From assembly GCA_032718475.1 (NCBI GenBank), contig JAUCBJ010007024.1:1-57233 (forward strand): a DNA stretch of 57,233 nt, given 5' to 3'. Both the position numbers and the translations under genes were made by a program. Of this stretch, positions 22,831-35,902 are shown one piece after another. How positions within the stretch are numbered: the first letter of the stretch is position 1; every line of letters begins with the position of its first letter. The DNA is from Nemertoderma westbladi. Taxonomy: Eukaryota; Animalia; Xenacoelomorpha. The notes under the pieces were generated by a model. That model saw only the letters and a list, made by a program, of their open reading frames with translations, was not told the DNA's origin and did no database searches.

Positions 22831-23499
22831 ACTATTTTACTTACTTTTATGTAACGTTACCGTACGTAATTTTTTCAAACAAATTTCGTGTTTATTTATT
22901 TTTGGTTTCATTGCATTTTAATTACTATTTTTTCATTGCTAACACATTAGTCGCCTCGCTCTATGTTTTAAGTCTATCGATATTGCGCGCATGGGTAGGG
23001 TATTTATAGATATAGTCATAGATAAGTACAGATAGATTATAGATGTCATAGTTGAGATGTCTCTCTCTTCTTAAATAAAATATCTTACCTTATCTTATCT
23101 TAGGATCCTGTAAACTAATGTAGGCCTACTCATTCAAATAGGACTACTGTAAAATAGTGATATTGTTTATTGTTTCGTTATATGGTTAATAGTATACAGT
23201 ATACATACAGTATGCATACAGTATTCACTTTGCAAATTACTTGTTTTTTAATGTAGGCCTTATTGAAATATTTTCAATGACAATACATGAGTATAAAATG
23301 GTATTTGGAACTATTATAACTCAATTACTACTTCAGTACACACGCACGCAACTCATAAACAGTTGGCCTATACTGCATATTACATCTGTGCAGATTTGGT
23401 CTTATAAGCTACTGTATTTAAACAGTTTTAATAATTGAAGTTTCTAATAACCAATTTGCTGTGGATTAATAAAGTCAGTTATAAATTTTCTTATAAATT

Positions 23500-23637
23500 A
23501 TGGCGACAAAGGCGCTACAAATTTCCGTCTGGAACAGAAAATTACAAAGGCGACAAAGCCGCTACAAAGCAGCTACAAATTTCCGTCTAGTACAGAAATT
23601 CCCAAGGCGACAAAGCAGCTACATATTTGCAGCGGGG
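23500..23637. mobile_element. Probable right end of a CACTA/EnSpm-like DNA transposon
   Basis: Subterminal repeats GGCGACAAAG(G/C)(C/A)GCTACAAATTTCCGTCT end in ...TTTGCAGCGGG, a CCC-type TIR, downstream of the DUF4806 gene. Confidence 0.45.
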
Positions 23638-23664
23638 TTTTACCATTGCAACTGGCTATAACTT

Positions 23665-23887
23665 CCCGGCAACATTCCAGCTCTTTGTCGCACCCCTAAC
23701 CATGTCCCCATAGGATGACATGTTAATTTATCCATTGTGGGCTATGGGAGGTGGCGACATTTCCAGCAAAATGGGTACCAAAAAAGCTGCAAAGTAGCCG
23801 AGACATTTTGCCAGTCTACAGCCACCAGACATGGCCTGCAAGCCGGATAAATATTTCTGAAAAATTGCCAGAAATGGTTTTCCTGGG
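23665..23887. mobile_element. Short CCC...GGG MITE-like element
   Basis: Imperfect terminal inverted ends CCCGGCAACATT ... GGTTTTCCTGGG. Confidence 0.35.
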
Positions 23888-24669
23888 GTGGTATTAGGTA
23901 GGCCTATCTGCCTATACCAACATACCTGACAACAATAATACAGTAATAGGCCTAGCTAGACGGTCATGGAGGGGTTTGGGTTTCGGGGAGAAGGACTGGT
24001 GGACGAATTCTAAACTCGGACCAATGAACTGCTGCCTGCATTTCAATTATTTTGCTGTCGTGTTCATGCCATTTCATCCTAAACCAATATTGAATAAGTA
24101 TTAACCCTTTCCGGCCTGAATTAATTTAATTTAGGAAAAAAAATTGGTTGGTCTTGTTAATGGGTTAATTATACACCAAGTAATAATTTTCGATGAAAAA
24201 ATTTTCAAAAAATTATTTCCAATGTTGTTTTTTTTATTGTATACAAAAGTATACGTTAGGTATATGAAACATGTTCCCAATGTATACTTTTGTATACGAA
24301 CTCTAGATTATAAGTACTTCCATACATAAATCGTATAGTAAGTATATTCTCTCTCTCTCTCTATATATATATATGTAGAATAAACAAAGCATGCAACGAG
24401 CAGGCAATTTTAATTATAAAAATTTAAATTATGTTTTTTGGTAATAAAAAGCTGTCAATACTGTGAAATTTGCCAAAATGCCAAAATTTTATAATTTTGT
24501 GTGTTTTCACAACACACGTTGTTTAAAAGTAACACAGTGCGACAAAAAACTTAAAATGAAGAATTATACAGTGAAGGTTTTTTCTGTCAGTTTTGTTCAA
24601 GTTTGAAAAAAACAGTATTGACTGACTTTTTTCAATTGTTTGTATGTCTATCTGCCCTGCCTGTATACT

Positions 24670-25092
24670 GTGGGTGTACAACATCTACTCCCCAACGGTG
24701 GCTGCACCACATCTACTCCCCAATGGTGGCTGAATCACATCTACTTCCAAGGCCCAATGGTAAACATCTACTCCATATGGTGGCTACACCACATCTACTC
24801 CCCAATGGTCAACATTTACTCCATTGGTCGCTACACCACATCTAATCATCAATGGTCATCATCTACTCCACTATGGTGGCTGCACCACATCTACTCATCA
24901 ATGGTCAGCATCTACTCCCCAATGGTGGCTGGACCACATCTACTTATCAATGGTGGGTGCGCCAGATTTACTCCCCAATGGTGACTGCGACACATTAGTG
25001 GCTGCATCAGATCTACTCCCAAGGCCCAATGGTGACTGCGCCACATCTACTCCCAAATAGTGGCTGCATCACATCTACTCCCTAATGGTGGG
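24670..25092. repeat. Minisatellite with a unit of about 27 bp
   Basis: Variants of CTGCACCACATCTACTCCCCAATGGTGG run up to the E2 LTR. Confidence 0.92.
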
Positions 25093-25623
25093 TGTACTAT
25101 TCTTGGAGAATAGTTAGTTAGTCATCAAACTAGTACCCATTTAGAGTGTTTAACATTAGCTAGTTATTTTCTACAGTACCTATTTAGAGTGTTTTACAAC
25201 ATTACCTAGTTATTTCTACAGTACCTATTTAGAGTGTTTTACATTATTAGCTAGAGATTTCTACAGTACCTATTGGGAGTGTTTATGTTTGTTAGAGGTT
25301 TACATACCGGTACCCTATGACTGGGGAGACGGCTTTGGTGTAAGATACAAACTCGGTTGAAGGTAATGTTTTTTAAAACAGGTGTTAACCATAGTACATA
25401 GATTACAGTTATCTGTTGATGGTACCGGTAAAGCGCAGCAGTATGGTGTGTTATATTATAAAGAACAATGACTCCCGCTCCCGGTCTGCCGGTACCTCAT
25501 GTTTATTATACAGCCTTATGCGATAGATTTCATTTTCCATCTCCACTCTCGGTTGACCGCCCAGGTTCGGGGACCGACGCCATTCATTCATATTAGGTGC
25601 GCCGTCGCCGCGACCCCAGGATA
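25093..25623 (+). repeat. E2 5' LTR (531 bp, TG...TA)
   Basis: TGTACTATTC...CCCCAGGATA, shared with 32610-33116 and 47514-48037. Contains internal repeats of about 42 bp (AGTACCTATTTAGAGTGTTT). Confidence 0.92.
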
Positions 25624-26275
25624 TTAAAAAACATTACCTACCACGCCGGAACACTCGACTGCATGACTGTTCACAGGGGCGTGGACAACGAAATACATAG
25701 AGAGAGAGAGAGAGAGAGAGAGAACAGTCAGAGGAACACGCACAGGGGCGTCCGTCGGTAAATCTAAACTACCGCCGTCCCTGTGGATTCGCCTTCACCA
25801 AACACTGAAACAGCCAATAAGAAGTTAAGAAAGAGACGAGTTGGTTTGGTATACACGCTGTATACCTGGTATACCGGTATCCAGATATCAAATAGGCCCT
25901 AATATTACTGGTATTCCTGTGTTAAAGAGTTCCCAAGTACTGCATTACAGCATTACGCCTATATTCTATAGGCGTAATAACTGCAGTACAAAAGTATAAT
26001 ACAGTAATATAAATATACAGTAGGCCACCCTATATATATCAGCTAGTAATATTCTATTATTAGTAGTCGATGGTGGTACATGGTTTTTGGGTATATAATC
26101 CTGTAATCATATTATTTACTATTATTAGTATATAGTATATTATATGTATATGTTGATGGTTTATTTTACCAGTACGTACATACATGGTTAGTCTGCCGTT
26201 TTTTCTGTATTCCGATATTTTACAATCTACAGATTTGGATTTAGGCAGTAAAGAATTTTAAACCTTTATATAATA

Positions 26276-29200
26276 ATGGCAGCCACGTCAGTCAGTTCCA
26301 GTTCTCGCAAACGACTGAAACCGACAGAGACCCTGGAATCAGACTATGAGAAAAGCAAAGTAGTATTGGACGAATTGTACCATACAACTACGGATGATCT
26401 CAATACTTTAGAGGAAGTGGAGGAACATGTTGCCTCCCTTAAAGAGAGCAAAAAGTGCCTAAATCGTATATGGGTGGAACTAGATGCACGGTATAAGAAG
26501 GTAGGTGCAATCCAAAAAAAAGTAAACTTTATGAGGATTTTTTAGAGATGAGACAGTTCTTCAATGTAACCATTAACCATTTATCCATCCATCAGAAGAG
26601 TTTAGGTGGTGATAAAAGTATATCACCCGAAGAGTCCAATCTTGATAGCCTCTCTCAACTTAGTGTATCCGATAAAGTTCAAAACTATATTGACCATAAT
26701 GTGCCGTCAGTACCTATAGTAGAGGGCAGATATGGAAATATTCAACCTACAGATATGGTAGCACCATCATATGAAACCCCTGTCAATAGTGTTAGTACAT
26801 CCTGGCCTTGGCAACATACAGTGCCACCCAGCAGCAACTTCACGGAACCACAAAGTATGTCGAATTTGAGTCTTTTTAACGCCCAAATATTTAGTCCAAT
26901 AAACACTACAAGTTGTGGACCTACTGTAAGTTTCCATGGTGTTGGCTCTCCTTTAAGTTCAGTTATAGTGAGCCACCCTCCTGCAGTGCGAATCGGAGGG
27001 ATCAGTAATTCTCATATGACATTGGTAAGTTCTTCGGAGTCTTTGCCACTGACCTCACAACCTTATTTTCCTATCCAGTATCAGAATTCTGCATATACAA
27101 CAAGTAACCCCAATATTACGACAGTGACAGGTAATACTTTTAGTTTTTCGAATCCAACTCCCCATATTTTAAATCCAACAGCCCAGCATTACCAACCCAT
27201 CAACAAAACTGCTGCACTAAGACCACCTCATCCTACTTGTCCCATAAGAGATCTAGATGTATCAGCCCAGTACCTAATTCGAAAAGATCTGTTAGAGAAA
27301 TCTGAGGATCCCTATAGTGGGGAGCCTCATATGTTTTGGTCCTGGGCAACTCTCTTAGAAAACAAGCTTGCAGGGATTCAATTGTCACCATTAGACCATA
27401 TCCAATTTATCAAAGCAAATACAACGGGGGAGCCAAAAAAGTTAATTGATCGATTTATGAGCTCCAGTAGATCCGATGCACTAAGTACACTAACTAAAAT
27501 GTGGAATGAACTGGTCCACCGCTTTGGTTCTGGTCCCCAGGTAGCCAAAGCACTCAGAGAAAGAATAGAACAATTTAAGGCTATTAATAGTAATGATAAA
27601 CCTGAACGACTTCGTACCCTTAGTGATCTCTGTGAGGTTCTACTACTTAATGTAGAAAAAATCCCTGAACTTGGTGACTTACATTTCTCCACAGGGTTAG
27701 AGTTAATCAGACGGAAACTTCCTAACTGGTTAGATAATAAGTGGATCGAGAAAGGTGGTCATTATGAGGCCACCCATGGTCAGCACCCCCCATTTCAATT
27801 CTTTTGTGAGTTTCTAGCGTCTCATGCACGAAATCGATGTAACCCACATTTTCTTCCGAGTTCCAAGTCAACTGTGGTACCAATCGGAGCTAATGCAAAT
27901 AGTAAGTCTCCAAATGGTTATATGGCACGGAACCGGTTCTCATATCCACATGAGCGTCCATCAACTACCTTTAAACCCCAATTCAGAAACAGTCAGATCA
28001 GAGACCAATAGCCCCAACTCAGAAAGTTTACTGTGAATTTCATCAGCGAAATGGCCATTCTATTAGAGAATGTCACAATTTTGGAAAATTACCACACAGT
28101 GGTAGAATTGATTTTCTAGAGCATAATAGGTTATGTTTCAGGTGTCAAGGTCACCATTACAAAGACCAGTGCCGACAGAGGGTATCTTGTACTACATGTA
28201 AATCAACCAAACACAATTCCATCATGCATGACTCTGTTGGTCCAAAATCCACAATGTCTTTTGGTAAGCATACATCTACTCCCATTAGTGATGTCAAACA
28301 AAGTATAAATACAAAAGGAGATCCCTCATTAACATCTAAGCCTGATGAACAAAAGCAGACACTGTGTATAGCCCTCTGTAGTGAGGAACCAACCATGTAT
28401 AGCTTGAGTAAGACTTTTTTAGTTGATATAACAATCCCCCACATCTCGGAAAAAACATTACGTGGATATGCTATCTTAGATGACCAATCCAACTCATCTT
28501 ATAGTGTTTCAAAGGTTTTTGATCATTTTGGCATAACTGCTCCTATTCATAATTACTCCACAACCACTCTTAGCCATGCGCAATACCAAGTGTCATGTCG
28601 TATTGGTAATGGCTTTATAGTAAAAGGTGTAAAGGAACCAGTAGCATATTCACTACCTGCCCTATATGAAAACGATGGTATACCGGATGCTAAGTCAGAG
28701 GCAGCTACCCCAGAATTTCTAAATTCGATACCATATATACAAAGGTTTGCGCGTAATTTTATCCCCCATGATGAGAAAGCAGATACCTTATTACTACTTG
28801 GCCGGAACTGCGCTGATCTTATGGTAGATAAAACATTTAATAATATAGTCCCTATTATACATTATACGCCTTTAGGTTGGGCTGCTGTAGGGGAAGTATA
28901 CTCTAAGCACCATAGAGCAGTAGACAAGAAGCTTACACATCAAACATTAAAGATATGTGGGCTGGATCATATGTCTAGCCAGGAGAATTTTCAATCTCCA
29001 AAACATTTACTAGTTCCCGACATTCAACAGGCGATTATAAGAGATTGTTTCGCATCTTTCCCTGATGATGAACAGCAAGGTCCCTCAGTTGAGGACATAT
29101 TATTTAATGACATAATTATAAACAACATAATCGTAAATAGTGATGGGCATCTGGAAACCCCTTTACCCTTCCGAAATGAGAATATCTTACTTCCAGATAA

Positions 29201-32200
29201 TTGCCACGCGGTATATAAGAGAACTTTTAACACCTTATCTAAACTGAAACAAGATCCATGGAAATTGGATCAAGCATTGAGATCAATGGGGAAACATATA
29301 AACAATGGTAAGTTTGTTCCATTTTCACATGAAAATCTTCCTGGTGTTAAAGGAAAAGTGTGGTATCTTCCAATATTCCCAGTGACTGAACCACAAAAAG
29401 GAAAGATACGTCTTGTTTTTGATAGTTCAGCAAAATACTTTGGCACTAGCCTCAATAAAGAGTTGCTGCAAGGTCCTGATATAAATAATCAGTTACGTGA
29501 TTGTATTGTCCGTTTCCGAGAGGGCAAGGTAGCCTTTCATGCAGATATTGAGGCAATGTATTACTGTTTTGAAGTCCGCCCTGAACATCGGGACTTCCAG
29601 AGATTTTACTGGTTTCGTAATAATGATCCATCAGGTGACTTGATTTCGTATAATAGTCGTGTCCATTTATTTGGAAATAGCCCCAGTCCTCCTATTTGTA
29701 TCACCGGTCTACGTCACACGATCAAACTTGAGGAAATACTCCCTCCACCTGAGGTAGTCGACTATATAGAAAATGGTTTCTATGTTGATGATGGATTGGG
29801 CAGCTCAGATTCCATTGAAACATGTATATCTATATTACAGCAGAGTATAAAGTTGCTCGGTAAATATAACATCCATTTGCATAAGATTGGTTCTAGTGAC
29901 CCTCAGGTACTTGAGGCACTGCCTCCTAATCTGCTTCTTCAATCTCCTTCTAAATTAGAACTCCAGGAGTCAAACATCCACAAAACCATTGGGATTACTT
30001 GGGATTCTATTCAAGATTCTTTCAATATAACAGTGACACTACCAGAGAAACCTTTTACAAAACGAGGGATCTTAGGCGTTATCAATTCGGTCTATGATCC
30101 AATTGGTGTTGCTCGTCCTGTAGTTCTTGCAGGACGTATTTTTCAACGAAAAGTAATTCCTCGAAAATCCAACCTTACTGATGACCGCAAGCACTGTGGC
30201 TGGGATGATAAACTCCCTGAACGATTTAGAGAGGAATGGGTGAACTGGATACAATCCTTAACAGCACTAAATTCCCTCTCAATCCCCCGAGCTTTCAAGC
30301 CTAAACACTTTGGAGAATTAAAATGCCAGGATATGCATATTTTCTGATGCCTCTGAACTTGGCATTGGGTGGGTTACTTATATACGGTCTGTGAACACTG
30401 AAAATGAAGTTTCTGTCATATTTGTATCAGGAAATTCAAAAGTTACTCCTGTCCTAGCTAACACTATGCCAAGACTAGAGCTATGTGCAGCAGTAGACGC
30501 TACCTTGGCCAGCCAAGATATTGTAGGGACATTACGAAGGAAACCAAATAATATTATCTTCTTTACTGATAGTCAGGTTGTATTGGGCTATCTTCGGAAT
30601 AGAACTGCCCACTATTTAAAATATATCACTCGTCGAATCCAAATCATCAAGAAGATAAGCCTGCCATCACAATGGTTATACGTGCCCACTGACTTGAATC
30701 CAGCTGATATTGCGTCTCGTCCGGCTACCCCAGAATCTTTACTCTCCTCTGAGTGGCTGCAGGGGCCCCACTTTCTTAGAGAGTCCATAATTCCAGAATT
30801 TGCTAATACCAGTGGACAGAGATATCAGGATCTTCCAGAGGAAATTAAAGAATCAGCCACAGAGATAAGAACTTTAAAAGTTATATCAGGCCCTACAACT
30901 TTGTTCTCCCATCTATATAGCAAATATAATTGGTGTACAATCCAGCGAATTGTCAAAATCGTATTAGGAGCCTGCAAAACCCTGCAAATTAAAGTATCAG
31001 GAACGGGAAGTTCAAATATTGATGATACCCTGGAAGGGGTGTGTAGTCATCTGGTTAAGGAATCCCAGAGGTCACATTTTTTAGATATTGTGAGGTCCCT
31101 CCAGGCAGGCAAAGAATTACCAGATAATCACCCCATTTCTAACCTATCACCCATTCTAAATTCAAAAGATATTATCCTTATTGGAGGTCGCCTTAAACAC
31201 TCTACACTTTTGTTCAACCAGCGCCATCCTCAGTTGCTCCCAAGTGACCACCCAATTGCGCAATGTATAATCCAACACTACCACCAGAAAAATGGTCATC
31301 TCGGTCAACAATTAACTCACTCGACCATTCGAGATGCTGGTTACCATATTTTCCGAGGGAAAATGTTAATAAAATCCTTTATCAAGGAATGTATACTATG
31401 TCAGCGACTGCGAGGGCTGATGCAGAACCAAAGAATGGCTGATCTTCCTCCAGATCGTATAGAGACCATTGCACCTTTTACAAGGACTGGAATGGATGTT
31501 TTTGGTCCATGGAATGTGACTGAAGGCATAACAACACGCAGAAACTCATCTTTTAAGAAAGCATGGGCACTCCTGCTTACCTGCATGGTGAGCCGTGCTG
31601 TGCATATTGAGCTTCTATGCTCCCTGGACACAGCAACTTTAAAAAATGCCCTTCGACGATTCTTAGGTCTTTGTGGCACCTGTGCAAAAGTATTCAGTGA
31701 TAAAGGGACCAACTTTGTTGGTGCCCATAACCAAGACATAGCTACTATTGACTATACCAGTTTAGAGAGGATGCTGGAATTGATGGGTGTAGAATGGGTC
31801 TTCAACCCACCCCATTCTTCACACTTTGGAGGAGTGTGGGAGAGGAAAATTAAAGAAATTCGTAGAATCCTGGACTCAACTGTTCTACTTGCAGGTCCGA
31901 GACTGTTAAGTAGAGATGAATTAAACACAGTCTTAGTGGAAGCTTCTTCCATCATCAATTCAACCCCACTATGGGCCACATCAAGTGATATCAATGACCC
32001 CCATCCCCTCAGTCCATTCATGCTTCTAACTCTGAAAGAGTCACCAACCCAAATACCTTTAGAAGACTTCTCTAAAGAAGACCCCAATGCCTATGGACAA
32101 CGTCGGTGGCAACGAGTCCAATATCTTGCTGACCAGTTTTGGGAACGTTATAAGAAGTTCCATCTAAGTTCCCTTCAAACCCGCCAGAAATGGAAGCGTA

Positions 32201-32433
32201 CCAAACCATCAATAGCAGTGGGTGATATGGTACTCCTTAGGGAAAAACAGTCTCGTCGGTGTCACTGGCCATACGGATTAATCAATGCAGTAAAAGTAAG
32301 CAAAGATGGTCTTGTGAGATCTGCATCTGTTAAAGTCATGAAGACTAATGCAAAGGGTGTAATAAAACCGCATCTGTTCGAACGGCCAATATCCAAAATG
32401 GTGCTGCTGAAACGAGCTGCTTTAGCTATATAA
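26276..32433 (+). pseudogene. E2 Gag-Pol polyprotein split by three -1 frameshifts (about 26520, 27975-28008 and 30342)
   Basis: Gag, knuckles CFRCQGHHYKDQC and CTTCKSTKHNSIMH, protease YAILDDQS, RT YVDD, RNase H HIF/SDAS..PRLELCAA..FTDS..NPADIASR, integrase GMDVFGP/SDKGTNF/GVWER. Confidence 0.93.
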
Positions 32434-32609
32434 AATTAAGCTACATAAAATTAACTCTATTGAACTATGTGAAGCGTACTTCTTCTAGAGATATCTTTTA
32501 TATCCGTGTAATATCGTGGTGCCTATTCCACCATATTGGTCTGTAGTTTAGGTCTACAACCCATATGGGCGTTTATTATTTGTTTCGGTATTATATACCG
32601 AGTGGGGAG

Positions 32610-33116
32610 TGTACTATTCTTGGAGAATAGTTAGTTAGTCATCAAACTAGTACCCATTTAGAGTGTTTAACATTAGCTAGTTATTTTCTGCAGTACCTAT
32701 TTAGAGTGTTTTACAACATTACCTAGTTATTTCTACAGTACCTATTTAGAGTGTTTTACATTATTAGCTAGAGATTTCTACAGTACCTATTGGGAGTGTT
32801 TATGTTTGTTAGAGGTTTACATACCGGTACCCTATGACTGGGGAGACGGCTTTGGTGTAAGATACAAACTCGGTTGAAGGTAATGTTTTTTGAAACAGGT
32901 GTTAACCATAGTACATAGATTACAGTTATCTGTTGATGGTACCGGTAAAGCGCAGCAGTATGGTGTGTTATATTATAAAGAACAATGACTCCCGGTCTGC
33001 CGGTACCGCATGTTTATTATACAGCCTTATTCGATAGATTTCATTTTCCATCTCCACTCTCGGTTGACCGCCCAGGTTCGGGGACCGACGCCATTCATTC
33101 ATATTAGGTGCGCCGT
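32610..33116 (+). repeat. E2 middle (3') LTR, interrupted about 18 bp before its end by E3
   Basis: Matches the E2 LTR up to GGTGCGCCGT, after which E3 sequence begins. Confidence 0.92.
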
Positions 33117-33244
33117 GTATAGAATTATATTCCCTAAATGCCGTGGATTTTCAAAATTTTATTTTTATTCGAATTAACTTTGTAAAGATTGCTTTGAGTT
33201 CTCATTCGTATTTGTTCTATCATTTGAAAGCCTATTGGTCAAGT

Positions 33245-33331
33245 GGTTCAGTAGCTCAGTCGGTAGAGCGTTGGAAATTATATGTGTAGTAGGTATTGAG
33301 TTCGAATCCTAGTAAGTGCGAATTATTTTTT
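33245..33331 (+). ncRNA. tRNA-derived Pol III cassette in the E3 LTR (not a functional tRNA)
   Basis: A box/D-arm TAGCTCAGTCGGTAGAGC, B box GAGTTCGAATCC and a T6 terminator. The acceptor and anticodon stems do not pair. Confidence 0.8.
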
Positions 33332-33384
33332 GTGCAGAATTTCAACTCATTTAAATTGACCGCTACAAATTAATTGCATTTGTC

Positions 33385-33663
33385 TGTACCAATGAGACTG
33401 TAGTTATTTGATTGTAACCAATGTCGTGCAAGTTATACATTAGCTGGACCAATAGCTATCTTTAAAACCTTGTTAGAACCTATAGAACAATCGAGAATTT
33501 TCTCGATTGATTGCAGCACAAATTTAGTATATAAAGGTGCGATTTGTTCATTAGTTATCACTCTCTCATTACTCTAACCATATTCGTATCTCTGAGTTAT
33601 CTAATATTTGTTTATTCTGTCATTAGTATTCAGATTACATTTTGTGTTATTATCTGCAATAAA
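33385..33663 (+). promoter_or_regulatory. E3 LTR Pol II promoter and polyadenylation signal
   Basis: Three CCAAT boxes spaced about 30 bp apart (about 33389, 33417 and 33449), TATATAAA at 33528-33535 and AATAAA at 33658-33663. Confidence 0.6.
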
Positions 33664-35902
33664 TTCAGAAATACCGCTATCTGCCTTTCTTTTTACCATG
33701 GATTCACTACGGTGAACAAACCTAAGGGACAGGATGGCCGGCTAGAGATCGGGCCGCAGCAATGAACGGGAACATCACAGGAATGTAGACGAGAGACAAC
33801 CCGCAATACCATCTTGAGTTATTCGCCCATCGCCTGAAAGGTTAGACAGCGTTCGACGCCTTGCTACCTAAGAGTAAGACCAAAGATCAAAAAGGTAGAA
33901 GTAGTGACACGCTGTGAGCCTAAAATTACATCTTAGGGACTGTACTGTCTTGATTCAGGAAAAAACCACAGTAGACCTTCACATTCCTACGGGGGGAGAG
34001 AGAGAGCGCAGGCAGATACTAGTACGCAGATAGGACGTAGGCACACCGGTACGAAGCATACAAATTGGTAGGGTGCAGCAAACTGTACGCCTAACTCTTG
34101 CTAAGTACAGGTGTGTGTGCGACTATTTGTAGTACAACGGTGTCCATTGCATTAGAACTTGTAGGCTAGGGGGGTTGCTGTGTTTTCACCTGAATTGGGA
34201 TTGTACCGTTCAGGCGGTAGGGCAGTTTACAACTAGGCGCAAATAAATTGAGGCTATTAGGGATACTAACATCTACCGTGTCCCCGCCAACGCCCTAATA
34301 GGAAGTTACCCGGACTACCTGGGTGACTAAAATTCTAGATAGGAGCCAGGATAGCTATTAGTAACAGTACGCCTACAGTAGTAAACTAACACATCTCTTC
34401 TTAGTATCAGGGACCTGGTACCTAAAATTGCCGAATTCTGGGCGTAGCATTAACCCTATGCCTGAATTTGAGTCCTGGAAATACGCAAGAGGGGAAGGAA
34501 CCTTATCATTCGTGAGTATTGGACCTACAAGTTACAAAATTAGAATATTCGTAAAATGCACACCGTACCCAGTAATTATATATGTGAAGGAGCAAAACTG
34601 TTTTTGACCGTTCAGAATTAACACACGCGCGTTAGAAATTATTTACACCTCAAAATATATAAAATTAACTTTTGTCCGTACTGTGCTTTGCCCGCTAGTT
34701 AGACATCTCCAAATCTCTGCCTGTGTACCTAGCTAGCGTCTCTTCGCCCAAACCATATAAATCACACCGCGGCAAAGTGTACGAGCCCCTTAGTCCGTCA
34801 GTGAGTCAGCCTGATTTTAGGATTCGCTGCGCGGGATTTTGTTTTATCGAAGTTTGTCTGCTCGTAGACTGTTTTCTGCCTCACCGGTTATAAGAGATCG
34901 ATACTGCAATATATTCGCTTACTTAGAGTTTACTGTTTTGGTGAGAAGGTCGGATTTATGATTTGATTTACAAACTTTACAGTAAGATATTGCAGGTATT
35001 GTTACCGTCTCTTCCAATAGTAGGAATGTGATTATTTTAACATATTTCCTAGAATAGTAGGAATGTGTGATTATTTTAACATATTTCCTAGAATAGTAGG
35101 AATGTGTTTTACTGAACTACGGTTCGGTAGGACTAAAGTTATTTGAAAATTTTGTATTTTGAGGTAAAAATTTATATTTGATTAGCTAAGTGCTAATTTT
35201 TGAAATAAAATTTGATTTGAACCGCGTGTAAAATATTTTTGGAATTGAATACCGGTGTTTAAAAGGGTTTAAATACCATATTGTACCGGTACAAAATTTT
35301 CGTAAAGTAAAACCTAACTCTTTTGTTTTTCAGGATTCAGAACTCATTTCTAGACTGTAACGGGAGCAAGACCGTGTTTAGCAAGTTTGGGAGATAGATA
35401 ACCCAACAACTTTGGTTGGGAAAATCGCGTTTCGTCCGCAACGTTAAAAACGGAAAGGTTCACGTCCGGTTTGTATCTGGGAATCTGTTTTTCTGGAGAA
35501 TTATTGGAGTGGGTGAGTTCGAAAAGTTGCATAAATAAGTTAGGCATTACCGTATTAGTTAAAATTATTGTGGGTTCCACTGTCTCAAGTATTTATGCAT
35601 TCCGTATGATTTCTTTGTTCATTGCTGAATTAGTCCGTATTATTGTATTTAATTTACCTTTTGATAACGCATATCGTTATCCGATTTATTTGTTATAAAA
35701 TTGGCCGCTAGGCTAATTTTATTATATACTTATTCCGTGACATTTATTTGCTGTAAAATTGGCCGTTTAGGCTAATTTTATCCATCTGCTATAAAATCGG
35801 CCGGTAGGCTAATTTTATATGACTGTAATTAGTACCGTTTAGATATAAATACGGTAAACTCGATACTTTGACACTCACTTTACTTGACTTACAACTACCG
35901 AA

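Larger units (their letters stand above)
25093..33116 (+). mobile_element. BEL/Pao LTR retrotransposon E2 (all pol domains present)
   Basis: 5' LTR at 25093-25623 and 3' LTR at 32610-33116, which is cut by E3. PPT GAGTGGGGAG. Domain order gag-PR-RT-RH-IN. Confidence 0.95.
33117..35019 (+). repeat. E3 5' LTR (shared portion about 1.9 kb; may extend to about 35408)
   Basis: Repeated at 45518-47420 with only two substitutions noticed (33231 C/A and 33438 C/T). CCCAACA-ACTT-TGG at about 35402-35415 looks like an LTR end plus PBS. Confidence 0.9.

Noticed and set aside
24101-24120. piggyBac-like end TTAA|CCCTTTCCGGCC
   Set aside because: I found no matching opposite end in the window, so an element cannot be supported.
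24603-25092. Regular repeats as a CRISPR array, and the His/Trp-rich ORFs over them
   Set aside because: These are tandem minisatellite units with no unique spacers and no cas genes, in a eukaryotic context. The ORFs are translations of the repeat.
32517-33116. A 600-bp target-site duplication made by E3
   Set aside because: The two copies differ at several positions, more than the much longer E3 LTRs do, so they predate the insertion and probably come from different E2 copies.
33245-33331. Functional tRNA gene
   Set aside because: Only the D-arm and the boxes are kept. The acceptor and anticodon stems cannot pair.
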